Assembly: GCA_018267065.1 (NCBI GenBank)
Contig: JAFDZG010000197.1
Coordinates: 1,486 to 65,485, forward strand
Length of the DNA stretch: 64,000 nt
Reading direction: 5' to 3'
Source: Bacteroidota bacterium
Lineage (GTDB): Bacteria; Bacteroidota; Bacteroidia; Flavobacteriales_F; PHOS-HE28
A program made the translations under genes and the position numbers. Shown here piece after piece: positions 10,155 to 18,778 of this stretch (its first letter is position 1; each line of letters opens with the position of its first letter). The notes beneath the pieces were generated by a model. The model ran no database searches. It saw nothing but the letters and a program-made list of their open reading frames with translations, and had not been told where the DNA came from.

Positions 10155-10287
10155 TAATGCAATATTAAAATAATGTTAATCATTTTGTCAAGTGGGATGT
10201 AGGACGCCAGAACACGGGATGGCCCAATTGGATCGGGAAGGACAGAATTGTTCCCCAGTGCCCGCTTGCTTCCTTTGCACCCCGGAA

Positions 10288-10869
10288 ATGCTGCACCTTG
10301 AACTTCCCACCGATCCGCGCTGGGCTGCCATGGCGAAGGAGGACCTGCACAGCCTGATGGTGGACCACGCGTGGTGCGAACACAAGGCGGCCAGCAATGC
10401 CATGTCCATCATTGTGCGCAATCCCGGCCTTACAGACCTTGTTGAGGACCTTACCCGCATTGCCCAGGAAGAAATGAGCCACTTCGGGATGGTGGTGCAG
10501 CGGATCCGCGGGCGGGGCTGGGAACTGGGGCCCGAGCGGAAGGACGGTTACGTGAACGAGCTGCTGGAATTTGTGCGCAAGGACGGAAGCCCGCAGGAAC
10601 GGTTGGTGGACCGCCTGCTATTCTCCGCAATGATCGAGGCACGAAGCTGCGAGCGGTTCAAAATGCTTTCGGAAACCGTTGAGGACCAGGAAATGGCAAC
10701 CTTCTACCGCGAATTGATGGAAAGCGAAGCTGGCCACTACGCCACTTTTATCGGCTTGGCCCGGAAGTACGGCGGGCGGGTGGACGTGGATGCGCGGTGG
10801 AAGGCTTACTTGGCTTTTGAGGCGGAAGTGGTGGCCAGATATGGCAAAAGTCCGGAAATGCACGGTTGA
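10288..10869 (+). CDS. miaE: tRNA-(ms2io6A37)-hydroxylase MiaE-like di-iron protein
   Basis: The 225-aa ORF runs from 10192. Its translation (…AWCEHKAASNAMSIIVRNPG…EEMSHFGMVVQRIRGRGWELG…FSAMIEARSCERFKMLSE…) matches the MiaE family ferritin-like fold. The start is chosen at the internal M (MLHLELP) to give ~193 aa; this is uncertain and it may start at 10192. Confidence 0.7.
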   Translation: MLHLELPTDPRWAAMAKEDLHSLMVDHAWCEHKAASNAMSIIVRNPGLTDLVEDLTRIAQEEMSHFGMVVQRIRGRGWELGPERKDGYVNELLEFVRKDGSPQERLVDRLLFSAMIEARSCERFKMLSETVEDQEMATFYRELMESEAGHYATFIGLARKYGGRVDVDARWKAYLAFEAEVVARYGKSPEMHG

Positions 10870-10906
10870 TGCCAATGCTGGCGGACAATTCAAACAAAGC
10901 GGATCA

Positions 10907-12193
10907 ATGGTAAGGGAGGTCACGGCGGAATGCCTTTGCATCGGTGATGAACTGCTGATCGGCCAGACCATCAATTCCAATGCGGCATGGATGGGGCAGG
11001 AGCTTGGCCTTGAAGGGATCCGGCCCGTGCTGGCCAGGGTGGTGGGCGACAGTGAGGAACGCATCATGGAGGCCTTGGCCACCGTGCAGGCGGACATCGT
11101 GCTGATAACGGGAGGCCTGGGGCCCACCAAGGATGACATCACCAAGCACACCTTGTGCAAATTCTTCCATACGGAACTGGTAAGGAATGCCGAGGTGGAA
11201 GAGCGCGTGGTGGGGCTGTGGACCCGCATGGGGCGGGGTGCGGACCAAGTGAAGGATGCGGACCGGACACAGGCCATGCTTCCTGCGGGCTGCACGGTAT
11301 TGCCCAATTTATTGGGCACCGCGAGCGGCATGTGGTTTGAAAAGGATGGACGGGTGTACGTCAGCATGCCCGGTGTGCCTTACGAAATGCAGGGGCTCAT
11401 GCGGCATGAAGTACTGCCGCGGCTGCGGGCCAGGTTCCAGCCTCCGGTGATCATTCACCGCACGGTCAATACCACAGGCATGGGGGAAACCATGCTGGCC
11501 GAACGGTTGGAACATTGGGAGAACGATCTTGGTGGCCGGGGCATTCACCTGGCCTATTTACCTTCACCCGGACAAGTGAAATTGCGTTTGAGCAAATACG
11601 CTGGCGAGGACCGGAAAAAGGCGGAAGCTGTGATCGCGGAAGAGGCTGAAAAGCTTTACGGCCTCATTCCCGAACTCATTTTCAGCGAGGGAGGCCAACA
11701 ATTGGAGGATGTGGTGGGCCAAGGCTTGAAGGAGCTGGGCCAAACATTGGCCTTGGCGGAAAGTTGCACAGGCGGCTACCTCAGCCATTTGGTAACGTCG
11801 GTGCCTGGCAGTTCAGCATATTACATCGGTGGGGTGGTGAGCTATGCCAATGCGGTGAAGATGGAGGAACTGGGCATTCCCAGCGACATGCTGGAACTGA
11901 ACGGTGCGGTAAGCGGGCCCGTGGCGGAACGGATGGCCGAAGGCGTGAAGAAGGCATTGAAAAGTGATTGGGCCATTGCCACCACGGGCATTGCCGGCCC
12001 GGGGGGAGGCACACCGGAAAAACCCGTTGGCACTGTGTGGATAGCAGTGGCAGGGCCGGACGGCGTGAAAGCCTCCAAGGGGGTGTTCATGGGAACACGG
12101 GACCTGGTGATCCGGCGTGCAGCGGTGGCCGCATTGAACATGTTACGGCGCCGGATCCAAAAGGTGCCAGCCATCGGCAAGGCCGACAAATAG
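10907..12193 (+). CDS. cinA: Competence/damage-inducible protein CinA: N-terminal molybdopterin-binding-like domain plus C-terminal NMN deamidase (PncC-like) domain
   Basis: MVREVTAECLCIGDELLIGQTINSNAAWMGQEL… and C-terminal …AESCTGGYLSHLVTSVPGSSAYYIGGVVSYANAVK…ATTGIAGPGGGT match the CinA family. The start was moved to 10907 to avoid a 79-bp overlap with miaE. Confidence 0.85.
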   Translation: MVREVTAECLCIGDELLIGQTINSNAAWMGQELGLEGIRPVLARVVGDSEERIMEALATVQADIVLITGGLGPTKDDITKHTLCKFFHTELVRNAEVEERVVGLWTRMGRGADQVKDADRTQAMLPAGCTVLPNLLGTASGMWFEKDGRVYVSMPGVPYEMQGLMRHEVLPRLRARFQPPVIIHRTVNTTGMGETMLAERLEHWENDLGGRGIHLAYLPSPGQVKLRLSKYAGEDRKKAEAVIAEEAEKLYGLIPELIFSEGGQQLEDVVGQGLKELGQTLALAESCTGGYLSHLVTSVPGSSAYYIGGVVSYANAVKMEELGIPSDMLELNGAVSGPVAERMAEGVKKALKSDWAIATTGIAGPGGGTPEKPVGTVWIAVAGPDGVKASKGVFMGTRDLVIRRAAVAALNMLRRRIQKVPAIGKADK

Positions 12194-12331
12194 AAGAAGA
12201 CGAACATTCCAAGGGGCGGCAGGATCAAAAGCCTTGCCCAAGTGCAGATGGCGTGAATTGCCATGCACGGCTGGAACAAAGCAAAGCGTACGGAAAAATA
12301 TGCTACCTTCGCGGCCCGAAATAGCTACGAC

Positions 12332-12571
12332 ATGTCACGCATCTGCCAAATCACCGGAAAGCAAGTGGTAACGGGCAACAAGGTAAGCCACTCCAACCGC
12401 AAGACCCGCCGCACCTTTGTGCCGAACCTGCAGGACCGCAAGTACTTCATCCCTGAAGAGAAGCGGACGGTAAGCCTTCGGGTGAGCGCTGCAGGCATGC
12501 GGACCATTGCCAAGATCGGCATCAGCGAGGCGATGAAGCGCGCCAAGGCGAAGGGCTATTTGAACGCCTGA
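12332..12571 (+). CDS. rpmB: 50S ribosomal protein L28
   Basis: MSRICQITGKQVVTGNKVSHSNRKTRRTFVPNLQ…RVSAAGMRTIAKIGI is an unmistakable L28. The start is at an internal ATG of the longer ORF. A TACCTTCG -7-like element lies ~25 nt upstream. Confidence 0.9.
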   Translation: MSRICQITGKQVVTGNKVSHSNRKTRRTFVPNLQDRKYFIPEEKRTVSLRVSAAGMRTIAKIGISEAMKRAKAKGYLNA

Positions 12572-12591
12572 ACCGGGCACTCCAGACATTC

Positions 12592-12628
12592 AAGAGCGCT
12601 GACGGGATACCGTTGGCGCTCTTTTTGT
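12592..12628 (+). terminator. Rho-independent terminator after rpmB (aagagcgc-N16-gcgctctt followed by TTTGTTG)
   Basis: 8-bp perfect stem plus T-tract read from the sequence. No rpmG follows. Confidence 0.6.
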
Positions 12629-12678
12629 TGTGCGGCTGCGGGCCGTCTGGTGCAATTGGCCGGGAATACCTTTGGCAC

Positions 12679-13329
12679 ATGCGTGAAAGGAGCGTGAAGG
12701 TTTTCCTGCTGGTGTCCTTACTGATGGCCTTGCCGGGTTTATGGGCGCATTGGTACATGGGCCGCTTCCCCCTTCATCTGGCACTAAATGGCTTTCACGA
12801 CAAGGTTCTGGACCAGATCTTCCCCGTACTTACGGAATTTGCCAACGGATGGGTGCCCACCGTGCTGGCTTTGCTGCTGCTGGTGAAGAGCTGGAGGGGA
12901 TTTCTGATGATGGCCTTGAGCGCAGGGCTTGGCGCGCTCGTTGTCCAGGTATTGAAACACACGGTATTTGCGGACCATGACCGCCCGTCCATGTTCCTGG
13001 GCCAAATGCAGGGGCTTCACTTGGTGGCAGGGATCGACCTGCACCACCACTTCAGCTTTCCCAGTGGGCATTCCACCGCGGCTTTCAGCATGTGCCTGGC
13101 GTTGACAGTGTTCCTTGGCCGCCGTTTTCCGGCCGTGCTCCTCGCGCTGTTTGCGGCACTGCTTGCGTTTTCACGGATCTATCTGTCCCAGCATTTCATG
13201 GAAGACATTCTTGCAGGTGCCTTCTTGGGCTGTTTGTCCGGTACTGCAGCGTATCTGCTACTGTACCGCAGTGCATGGGGAAAGCGCGCTTGGTTGGATA
13301 CCACGCCCTTTCGGCGTCAAAACCAATAG
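12679..13329 (+). CDS. PAP2-superfamily phosphatase (phosphatidic acid phosphatase type 2 / undecaprenyl-PP phosphatase-like) membrane protein
   Basis: PAP2 motifs …KHTVFADHDRPS…PSGHSTAAF…SRIYLSQHFMEDILAG are present and the protein is multi-TM. The start is set after the rpmB terminator; the ORF track begins it at 12613. Confidence 0.75.
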   Translation: MRERSVKVFLLVSLLMALPGLWAHWYMGRFPLHLALNGFHDKVLDQIFPVLTEFANGWVPTVLALLLLVKSWRGFLMMALSAGLGALVVQVLKHTVFADHDRPSMFLGQMQGLHLVAGIDLHHHFSFPSGHSTAAFSMCLALTVFLGRRFPAVLLALFAALLAFSRIYLSQHFMEDILAGAFLGCLSGTAAYLLLYRSAWGKRAWLDTTPFRRQNQ

Positions 13330-13808
13330 CGCAGCCCAATGGCACCACTGATGTCAAAATCAGTGGCAGGAAGCAAGTCCAAGCCGGGAACCACTTCCAG
13401 GAAAATATCCACGGGTGCTTTTTCCGGCAGGTAATCCAAGCCCACCGGAAAGCGGACCCCGAGGCTGGCGCTGTTCCCGTCATTGGCATACCACCTGCCA
13501 TGGTGCCAGTACCGGTTATCATTCCAGGAGCGCAAGCGAAGTCCGGGGCCGTAATAGAGCGGCAGCTTTCCTTTGCCGATCTTGATCAAGCCCATGTTGT
13601 GGAAGAGGTAATCGGCATGCACGCTGAAGTAGGCCCCGTCGCGCAGGGACCACGCCAGTGCACCATCAATGGCCCGGTCGCCGGAGATCCAACCTTTAAG
13701 CGAGATGCCGGTGGGTTCGCCCAGGATGATGCCCGCCCCAAATCCCCCCGATTGGGCTTTGATAAAGGATGAAACAGCCAATAAGAGTGCAAGGAGCGTG
13801 AGCCTCAT
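13317..13808 (-). CDS. Small outer-membrane beta-barrel protein (OmpW/porin-like)
   Basis: Signal peptide MRLTLLALLLAVSSFIKAQ, alternating hydrophobic beta-strand pattern, C-terminal …GAIGLRYWF aromatic terminus typical of OMP barrels. Confidence 0.6.
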   Translation of the reverse strand: MRLTLLALLLAVSSFIKAQSGGFGAGIILGEPTGISLKGWISGDRAIDGALAWSLRDGAYFSVHADYLFHNMGLIKIGKGKLPLYYGPGLRLRSWNDNRYWHHGRWYANDGNSASLGVRFPVGLDYLPEKAPVDIFLEVVPGLDLLPATDFDISGAIGLRYWF

Positions 13809-13943
13809 TCTGATCCCAAAGGTGACGTTGATCAATTGAAAAGCGGATGCCGGGCGCGCGGTGTTTTCCTGCGGTCAAGGTTTGAAATGCGCGTTCAAGC
13901 CTGTTCAAGGTGCATAGTGCAGTGATTGCGGGAGCCGCAGTTC

Positions 13944-14384
13944 TCAATGAACCGGGGTAGGGACCACCAGAACCGGGAATTTGTTCGCCCGCAGCACTTC
14001 ATCACAGGTGCTGCCCATGAATGCTTTGGCCAAGCCGCGCCTTCCATGGGTACCCATCACAACCAGGTCTGCGTTGATGCGTTTGGCCTCGGTCAAAATG
14101 GTTTCCACGGTGGCACCCATCACCAGGATCGGTTGGCAATCGAGGCCTTCCCCCTTCAACTGGGAAACCATTTGCTCAAGTTGTCCATGTTCGTCGCGCA
14201 GGATTCCCGCACGGGCATCCCTGATGTATTGCGGGCCGGCCTCGTATCCAACGAAGTCGGGGTTGGGAGCAGCCACGTGCAGTAGCCAAAGCTTGGCTTG
14301 GCGCGCACGCGCAATTTCCACGGCATGGCCCAGAACCTTGCTCGTATCGGTCTTGAGGTCCAATGGGGCAAGAATGTTTTTCAT
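13944..14384 (-). CDS. Universal stress protein (UspA family, single domain)
   Basis: …AKLWLLHVAAPNPD…ADLVVMGTHGRRGLAKAFMGSTCDEVLR…PVLVV is the canonical Usp fold signature. Confidence 0.85.
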   Translation of the reverse strand: MKNILAPLDLKTDTSKVLGHAVEIARARQAKLWLLHVAAPNPDFVGYEAGPQYIRDARAGILRDEHGQLEQMVSQLKGEGLDCQPILVMGATVETILTEAKRINADLVVMGTHGRRGLAKAFMGSTCDEVLRANKFPVLVVPTPVH

Positions 14385-14402
14385 GGCAGGTGGCTTGAAA
14401 TG

Positions 14403-14430
14403 GAAAATGGCGGACGAAAGCCGCCATTTT
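14403..14430. terminator. Perfect 10-bp stem / 7-nt loop hairpin (gaaaatggcgg acgaaag ccgccatttt) between the H1-like gene and uspA
   Basis: Read directly. The stem arms carry A4/T4 ends, so it could terminate or attenuate in either orientation. Confidence 0.5.
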
Positions 14431-14454
14431 CATGCCGATCCGGCTATTCGCTGC

Positions 14455-15048
14455 CTAGGCTTCTGCGCCCTCATTAAGCACCAGCCGGTCGTAGTGCTGG
14501 CGACGCAGCTTTCCACTGCTGTTGAAGAACCAGTCCTTGAGCCCGTAATGGTACCCGCGGCGAAGGCCACTGTGGTGCGTTCCCAGCATTTTCTTGCGTC
14601 CGCTGAGCTTCTGCAACGAACGGGTCACGAAGACCTCCACTTCAGCTTGGGGGAGCTTCGGCTCGTTCTTCCTGGCCCAATTTTCCACATAGGAAAGAAT
14701 GTCCTCCTTGGGAAGCAGGCGTCCTGAACTGTTGATGGCGGCCAGCACGGCATTGTCCCACTCGTTCAATGCACGGTCCTTGCGCTCGCGCTTTTTGGGC
14801 CGGCCCACTTTCTTCTTGGGGGCACCGGTGCTTCCGTCTTTACGCGGCCGTCCAGGCCCGCGCTTTACGATGCCGTCCGAAGTCCCGCCATCCTTCTTGG
14901 ATGTGGGCGACGCTTGGCCTTTTGCCTTCTTCAGGTCCAGGATGGTATTACGAACCAAGTCCAATTGGAAGCCCAGCCTGCGGCGTTCCGCGCGGTATTG
15001 CGCCAAGAGCTGGTCAATGTCCTTTTCGGTTAATCGCTTCTTTGCCAT
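14455..15048 (-). CDS. Histone H1/H5-like winged-helix protein with two AT-hook motifs (GRPRK, GRPKK) in a basic K/R/G/P-rich linker
   Basis: The translation has an N-terminal helical segment (MAKKRLTEKDIDQLLAQYRAERRRLGF…). The middle is …KRGPGRPRKDGSTGAPKKKVGRPKKRERKDR…. The C-terminal …LPKEDILSYVENWARKNEPKLPQAEVEVFVTRSLQKLSGRKKMLGTHHSGLRRGYHYGL resembles a linker-histone globular domain. A Bacteroidetes -7 box TATCTTTG lies on the minus strand at 15078..15085. Confidence 0.55.
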   Translation of the reverse strand: MAKKRLTEKDIDQLLAQYRAERRRLGFQLDLVRNTILDLKKAKGQASPTSKKDGGTSDGIVKRGPGRPRKDGSTGAPKKKVGRPKKRERKDRALNEWDNAVLAAINSSGRLLPKEDILSYVENWARKNEPKLPQAEVEVFVTRSLQKLSGRKKMLGTHHSGLRRGYHYGLKDWFFNSSGKLRRQHYDRLVLNEGAEA

Positions 15049-15077
15049 TGATGGGTTGTTGCTTGAGATTTTTTATT

Positions 15078-15085
15078 CGGAGCGG
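15078..15085 (-). promoter_or_regulatory. Bacteroidetes sigma-A -7 element TATCTTTG about 30 nt upstream of the H1-like gene start
   Basis: Matches the TAnnTTTG consensus exactly; seen on the minus strand. Confidence 0.45.
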
Positions 15086-15159
15086 GGCAAAGATATTGAT
15101 GGAGTTCCCGGATCATGGGGACTTCCACGCAATTCGTTCATAATTCTTGGAGTCCATGC

Positions 15160-16200
15160 CTATTCCACGGAAATGAGAATACCATTTTGAGGTTTGCAAA
15201 GCGTACCAATGACTTCGATGGATGTGTTATTTCCTTCCATCAATTGCACAATTTCATCCACGAATTGAGGTTTGCAGGCGATGAGCAATCCGCCGCTTGT
15301 TTGCGGGTCGCACAACATGATCATGCGTTCCAGGCTATTGGCTCCCTTCACCACGTCCGCCAAGCTCTTCCAATTGCGCAGGGCGCCGTCGGGATAGCAG
15401 CCCGCGTTCAGGTATTCCATGCTTTCGGGGATCTTCGGAACGGCGGCATAGCGCAATTGGGCAGCCAGCCCGCTTCCCCTGCACATTTCCGCGAGGTGCC
15501 CCAGTAAGCCGAATCCGGTGACGTCCGTGAGCGCATGCACGTCGGTGAAGGCCCCCAATTTCATTCCAAGCACATTTGGCCGCAGCATGATGTCCCTTGC
15601 AATGGTTGCATGCTCGGGCATCAGCTTCCCCCTCTTTTGGGCTGTGGAAAGAATGCCTACGCCGATCGGCTTGGTGAGCAGCAGTACATCACCGGCCTTT
15701 GCGGAATCGTTTCGCTTGATATGGTCTATTGCGGCTTCACCTGTTACAGCCAGGCCGAAAAAAGGTTCCGGTGCATCAATGCTATGGCCTCCGGCAAGCG
15801 GAATTCCGGCATCGTGGCAAGCCTGCCTGCCTCCTTCCACCACTTTTGAGGCAAGCTCGGGCCCCAGTTTTTCCAACGGCCACCCCAGTATGGCCACTGC
15901 AAGCAAAGGCGCGCCGCCCATGGCGTAGACATCGCTGAGTGCGTTGGTGGCGGCAATGCGGCCAAAATCGAACGCGTCATCCACAATTGGGGTGAAGAAA
16001 TCCACCGTGCTGATGACAGCCCGTCCGTTGCCGATGTTGTACACGGCCGCGTCATCCCGGCTGCCATAGCCCACCAAGAGTTTCGGGTCCGGCAGCGTGC
16101 CCAAGGAGCTGGCCAGTATCTTCTCCAGGTCCGCGGGGGCGATCTTGCAGCCGCAACCGGCCCCGTGGCTATATCCGGTCAAGCGTACCGTTTGTTGCAT
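15160..16200 (-). CDS. selD: Selenide, water dikinase (selenophosphate synthetase), Cys-type (no in-frame TGA)
   Basis: MQQTVRLTGYSHGAGCGCKIAP… is the glycine-rich N-terminal loop with Cys where some SelD carry Sec. The fold is AIR-synthase-like throughout. The start was taken at the internal Met; the ORF runs to 16212. Confidence 0.9.
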   Translation of the reverse strand: MQQTVRLTGYSHGAGCGCKIAPADLEKILASSLGTLPDPKLLVGYGSRDDAAVYNIGNGRAVISTVDFFTPIVDDAFDFGRIAATNALSDVYAMGGAPLLAVAILGWPLEKLGPELASKVVEGGRQACHDAGIPLAGGHSIDAPEPFFGLAVTGEAAIDHIKRNDSAKAGDVLLLTKPIGVGILSTAQKRGKLMPEHATIARDIMLRPNVLGMKLGAFTDVHALTDVTGFGLLGHLAEMCRGSGLAAQLRYAAVPKIPESMEYLNAGCYPDGALRNWKSLADVVKGANSLERMIMLCDPQTSGGLLIACKPQFVDEIVQLMEGNNTSIEVIGTLCKPQNGILISVE

Positions 16201-17215
16201 CGATCCGTTCATCCTTCAGGCGTTCTGCAAGTTCGATAGGTGTTGTTTCTTTAGCCTGCACCAACCGGGTGCGTTCCGGATTTCTTCCCGACAGGCCGCG
16301 TGCGTATGTCTTGTCGTAGTAGACAAGCATGATCTCAGCAACGCGGCGGAGGTTGCCTGCCGCAAGCGCTTCCAATGCCTCCTTGGCGTGCTGCGGTCCC
16401 AGCCGTTTCTGGATCCGCTTGATCGCTTCGGCCAATTGATCCGCCGGGTAGTTGCCATAGGTTTCCACCAGTTGCTTGGCGCGCTGCCCCAATGGCATGT
16501 CCACAAACCAAATGGGGGAGGAGCGGATCTGGGCGAAGAAGGAGTCCGGGATCTTTGCCCTTCCGATCATTTGGCTTTCGTCCTCCACCCAGATGGGGCG
16601 GCTGTTGCCCAATTCCTTGAGCGCAGCCCACAGCAGGTTCTCGAAATGTTCAGTGGAAGGTTGTGCTTCTTCGCCAATGCCCCCGAACGCGGATCCCTTG
16701 TGCCGTGCCAGTTTCTCCAGGTTGACCACCGCTTCGCCCAGCTCCCGGAGCCTTTCCAGGATCACTGTTTTGCCCGTGCCCGTATAGCCCCCAAGCACGT
16801 ACAGGTTCCATGGCTTTGCAAGTGCAGCCAGCACCTGTTCGCGGAAGGCTTTGTATCCCCGTTCCAATGTGGCCACTTCATTGAAACCGGCCTTCCGAAG
16901 CAGCCAGGCCACACTGGCGCTGCGTTCGCCACCACGCCAGCAATGCACGCCGATTCTTCCGTCCGGGGCTATGCGCCGGGCTTGTTCCACCAGCCAGGCC
17001 AACTTGGGCCCTGCAATGCGCAGACCTTCAAGCATGGCTGCATCACGGCCCTGTTGTTTGTACAAGGTGCCCACGCTTGCGCGTTCTTCATCAGAGAACA
17101 GCGCCACATTGGTGGCCCCGGGTATGTGCCCCTTGAGGTATTCGGCTGGCGAACGGACATCTATCAACGGCAGGCCGGCAGCGAGGAAACGCTCGATCGG
17201 AAGCGGGGAGTGCAC
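16169..17215 (-). CDS. selU: tRNA 2-selenouridine synthase (rhodanese domain plus P-loop domain)
   Basis: Rhodanese active-site …IGVHCWRGGERSASVAWLL… and Walker A …GGYTGTGKT… match MnmH/SelU/YbbB. Its 3' end overlaps selD by ~32 nt, so they are one operon. Confidence 0.85.
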   Translation of the reverse strand: MHSPLPIERFLAAGLPLIDVRSPAEYLKGHIPGATNVALFSDEERASVGTLYKQQGRDAAMLEGLRIAGPKLAWLVEQARRIAPDGRIGVHCWRGGERSASVAWLLRKAGFNEVATLERGYKAFREQVLAALAKPWNLYVLGGYTGTGKTVILERLRELGEAVVNLEKLARHKGSAFGGIGEEAQPSTEHFENLLWAALKELGNSRPIWVEDESQMIGRAKIPDSFFAQIRSSPIWFVDMPLGQRAKQLVETYGNYPADQLAEAIKRIQKRLGPQHAKEALEALAAGNLRRVAEIMLVYYDKTYARGLSGRNPERTRLVQAKETTPIELAERLKDERIDATNGTLDRI

Positions 17216-17259
17216 GGCCCGAAATTAGGCACTTGTGCCGATGGGCCGGGAAGAACCGC

Positions 17260-18663
17260 TTACCGCGGATTCTTGTAGTTGTCCATGATCTCGTCCCGCT
17301 TAACGCCGCCGTCCGCAAAGCCGGGCGCCAGCATATCCAGCCATTTGCTGTTGTTCAGTTCACCGGGCATGTCACTGGTGAGCAAGGTCCAGCACGTGGT
17401 GGACCGTTCGGGCTGGTAGAACACGAATCGCCTGTCCGCATAGCGGCCCGCCCTGTAGTAGTGCCAGATCATGTAGGGTACCGCAGTGGTTTCGTTGGAG
17501 CGGTCCGCCACGGTGTTCGGAGCCCCATACCGCAAGTAGATGTATCCTTGGTCGCTTTGGTAGCCGCGCATGTTGCGGCACCCGAACTTCCTGTTCACGT
17601 AAGTCACGGCGGCGTTGTACCGGTCCCATGCGGCCTTGGGGTCATGGGGCGATCTGTTGTACCAGAAGGTGTACATCAATTGGCGCATCAGCGCGGGCTT
17701 CCGGTCCTTCCAACGGTCGTCGATCATTTTCCGCTCCAGCTCATCGGCAATGGGCCGCATGGAATTGAGGAACTCCGCCAAGGTGTCCGGATCGGTGAAT
17801 GCATCGGTGAAATTGGCCCCCAGTTCACCGGTTGCCAAAGAACTGGGATCGTAGGCTACCGGGTTGTTCCGCTGGAAGAATTGGGTTCTCTTCGCGAACA
17901 GGGAATCGTTCCGGTCGTGGACTTCAACCGTGAGCAGGTAGTTGCCGGTAGGGAGTTGGGCAATGTCGAACTCCGTGCCCACGGGAACCACGGTGTCCGC
18001 TGTCATCCGTTGTGGAAAGCTGAAGTTGCCTTCCACTTTCCCCGTTTCGTAGTCCTCGATCTTGGTTAATGCCAGGAAAGGCCCTTTTGGCCCGAATGCA
18101 TCGACGGTGCCGTAGATCTCCGCGTAGAACCCCAGCCTGTCGCTGCCTGGGGGAAAGTAGGTTCCCGGGAAGGGCATGGGCTCCTCATGCGGGGCACTGG
18201 GCAGCGTGAACAGGATGTCGGAAATGGAGACTTTTTGTTTCCTGTCCCCGATCACAAGGGGAACTTGGACGTAGGTGCGGGCCGTGTCTGTAGAGTTTGC
18301 ATCGTGCAATTCCATGGACAGGGAATAGGCCCCGGGTTGAAGCAGGAAACTTTCCTGGTTGAGGAAATCACCATGGAGGGTATCCGCGCGGTCCGGTGAT
18401 TGGATCAGTGTTTTTCGGAAGTCCTGGATGTCACCATCCTTTTCGATCATTGTAAGCGCATCCACCTTGGCCTGTTGGAAGCCGCGCTCATCAGTGGTCC
18501 ATACCACGGTATTCCCCACAATGGTGATGTGCACGTCCACCCGCTCGCCCTTGCCGGGTTCCAGGAAGCGCTTTGTTTCCACAACGGCGTTCAACCGGGG
18601 TTGGCCATATGAATGCAAGGAGAGCAGCAGAGCGGCCAAGGGTGGAAGGATCCGGGGACTCAT
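17260..18663 (-). CDS. GWxTD domain-containing secreted protein (Bacteroidota-specific family of unknown function)
   Basis: C-terminal …NRKFGCRNMRGYQSDQGYIYLRYGAPNT… matches the GWxTD signature (G-Y-x-S/T-D…G…Y…YG-P). It has an N-terminal signal MSPRILPPLAALLLSLHSYGQ. Confidence 0.65.
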   Translation of the reverse strand: MSPRILPPLAALLLSLHSYGQPRLNAVVETKRFLEPGKGERVDVHITIVGNTVVWTTDERGFQQAKVDALTMIEKDGDIQDFRKTLIQSPDRADTLHGDFLNQESFLLQPGAYSLSMELHDANSTDTARTYVQVPLVIGDRKQKVSISDILFTLPSAPHEEPMPFPGTYFPPGSDRLGFYAEIYGTVDAFGPKGPFLALTKIEDYETGKVEGNFSFPQRMTADTVVPVGTEFDIAQLPTGNYLLTVEVHDRNDSLFAKRTQFFQRNNPVAYDPSSLATGELGANFTDAFTDPDTLAEFLNSMRPIADELERKMIDDRWKDRKPALMRQLMYTFWYNRSPHDPKAAWDRYNAAVTYVNRKFGCRNMRGYQSDQGYIYLRYGAPNTVADRSNETTAVPYMIWHYYRAGRYADRRFVFYQPERSTTCWTLLTSDMPGELNNSKWLDMLAPGFADGGVKRDEIMDNYKNPR

Positions 18664-18778
18664 GTGCCCAAAGTTAATGGAGTGGGGGTGCAAGAGGATG
18701 CCGCTGCCTCGGCGGAACCGCCGTTCATGGATCCAATGGATGCATTGCCGGAAAAGCAGGGCCTAATTTCGCGGCCCC

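Noticed and set aside
10618-11367. 249-aa minus-strand ORF
   Set aside because: Antisense to cinA, whose translation is strongly family-like; no features of its own.
15160-16200. Possible selenocysteine (in-frame TGA) in selD
   Set aside because: The GxGCK loop is encoded with TGC Cys codons (…GAGCGCK…). No internal TGA, so no SECIS is expected.
16097-18069. Plus-strand ORFs 16097..17278 and 17233..18069
   Set aside because: Antisense to selU and the GWxTD gene. His/Arg/Pro-rich translations typical of GC-rich antisense frames.
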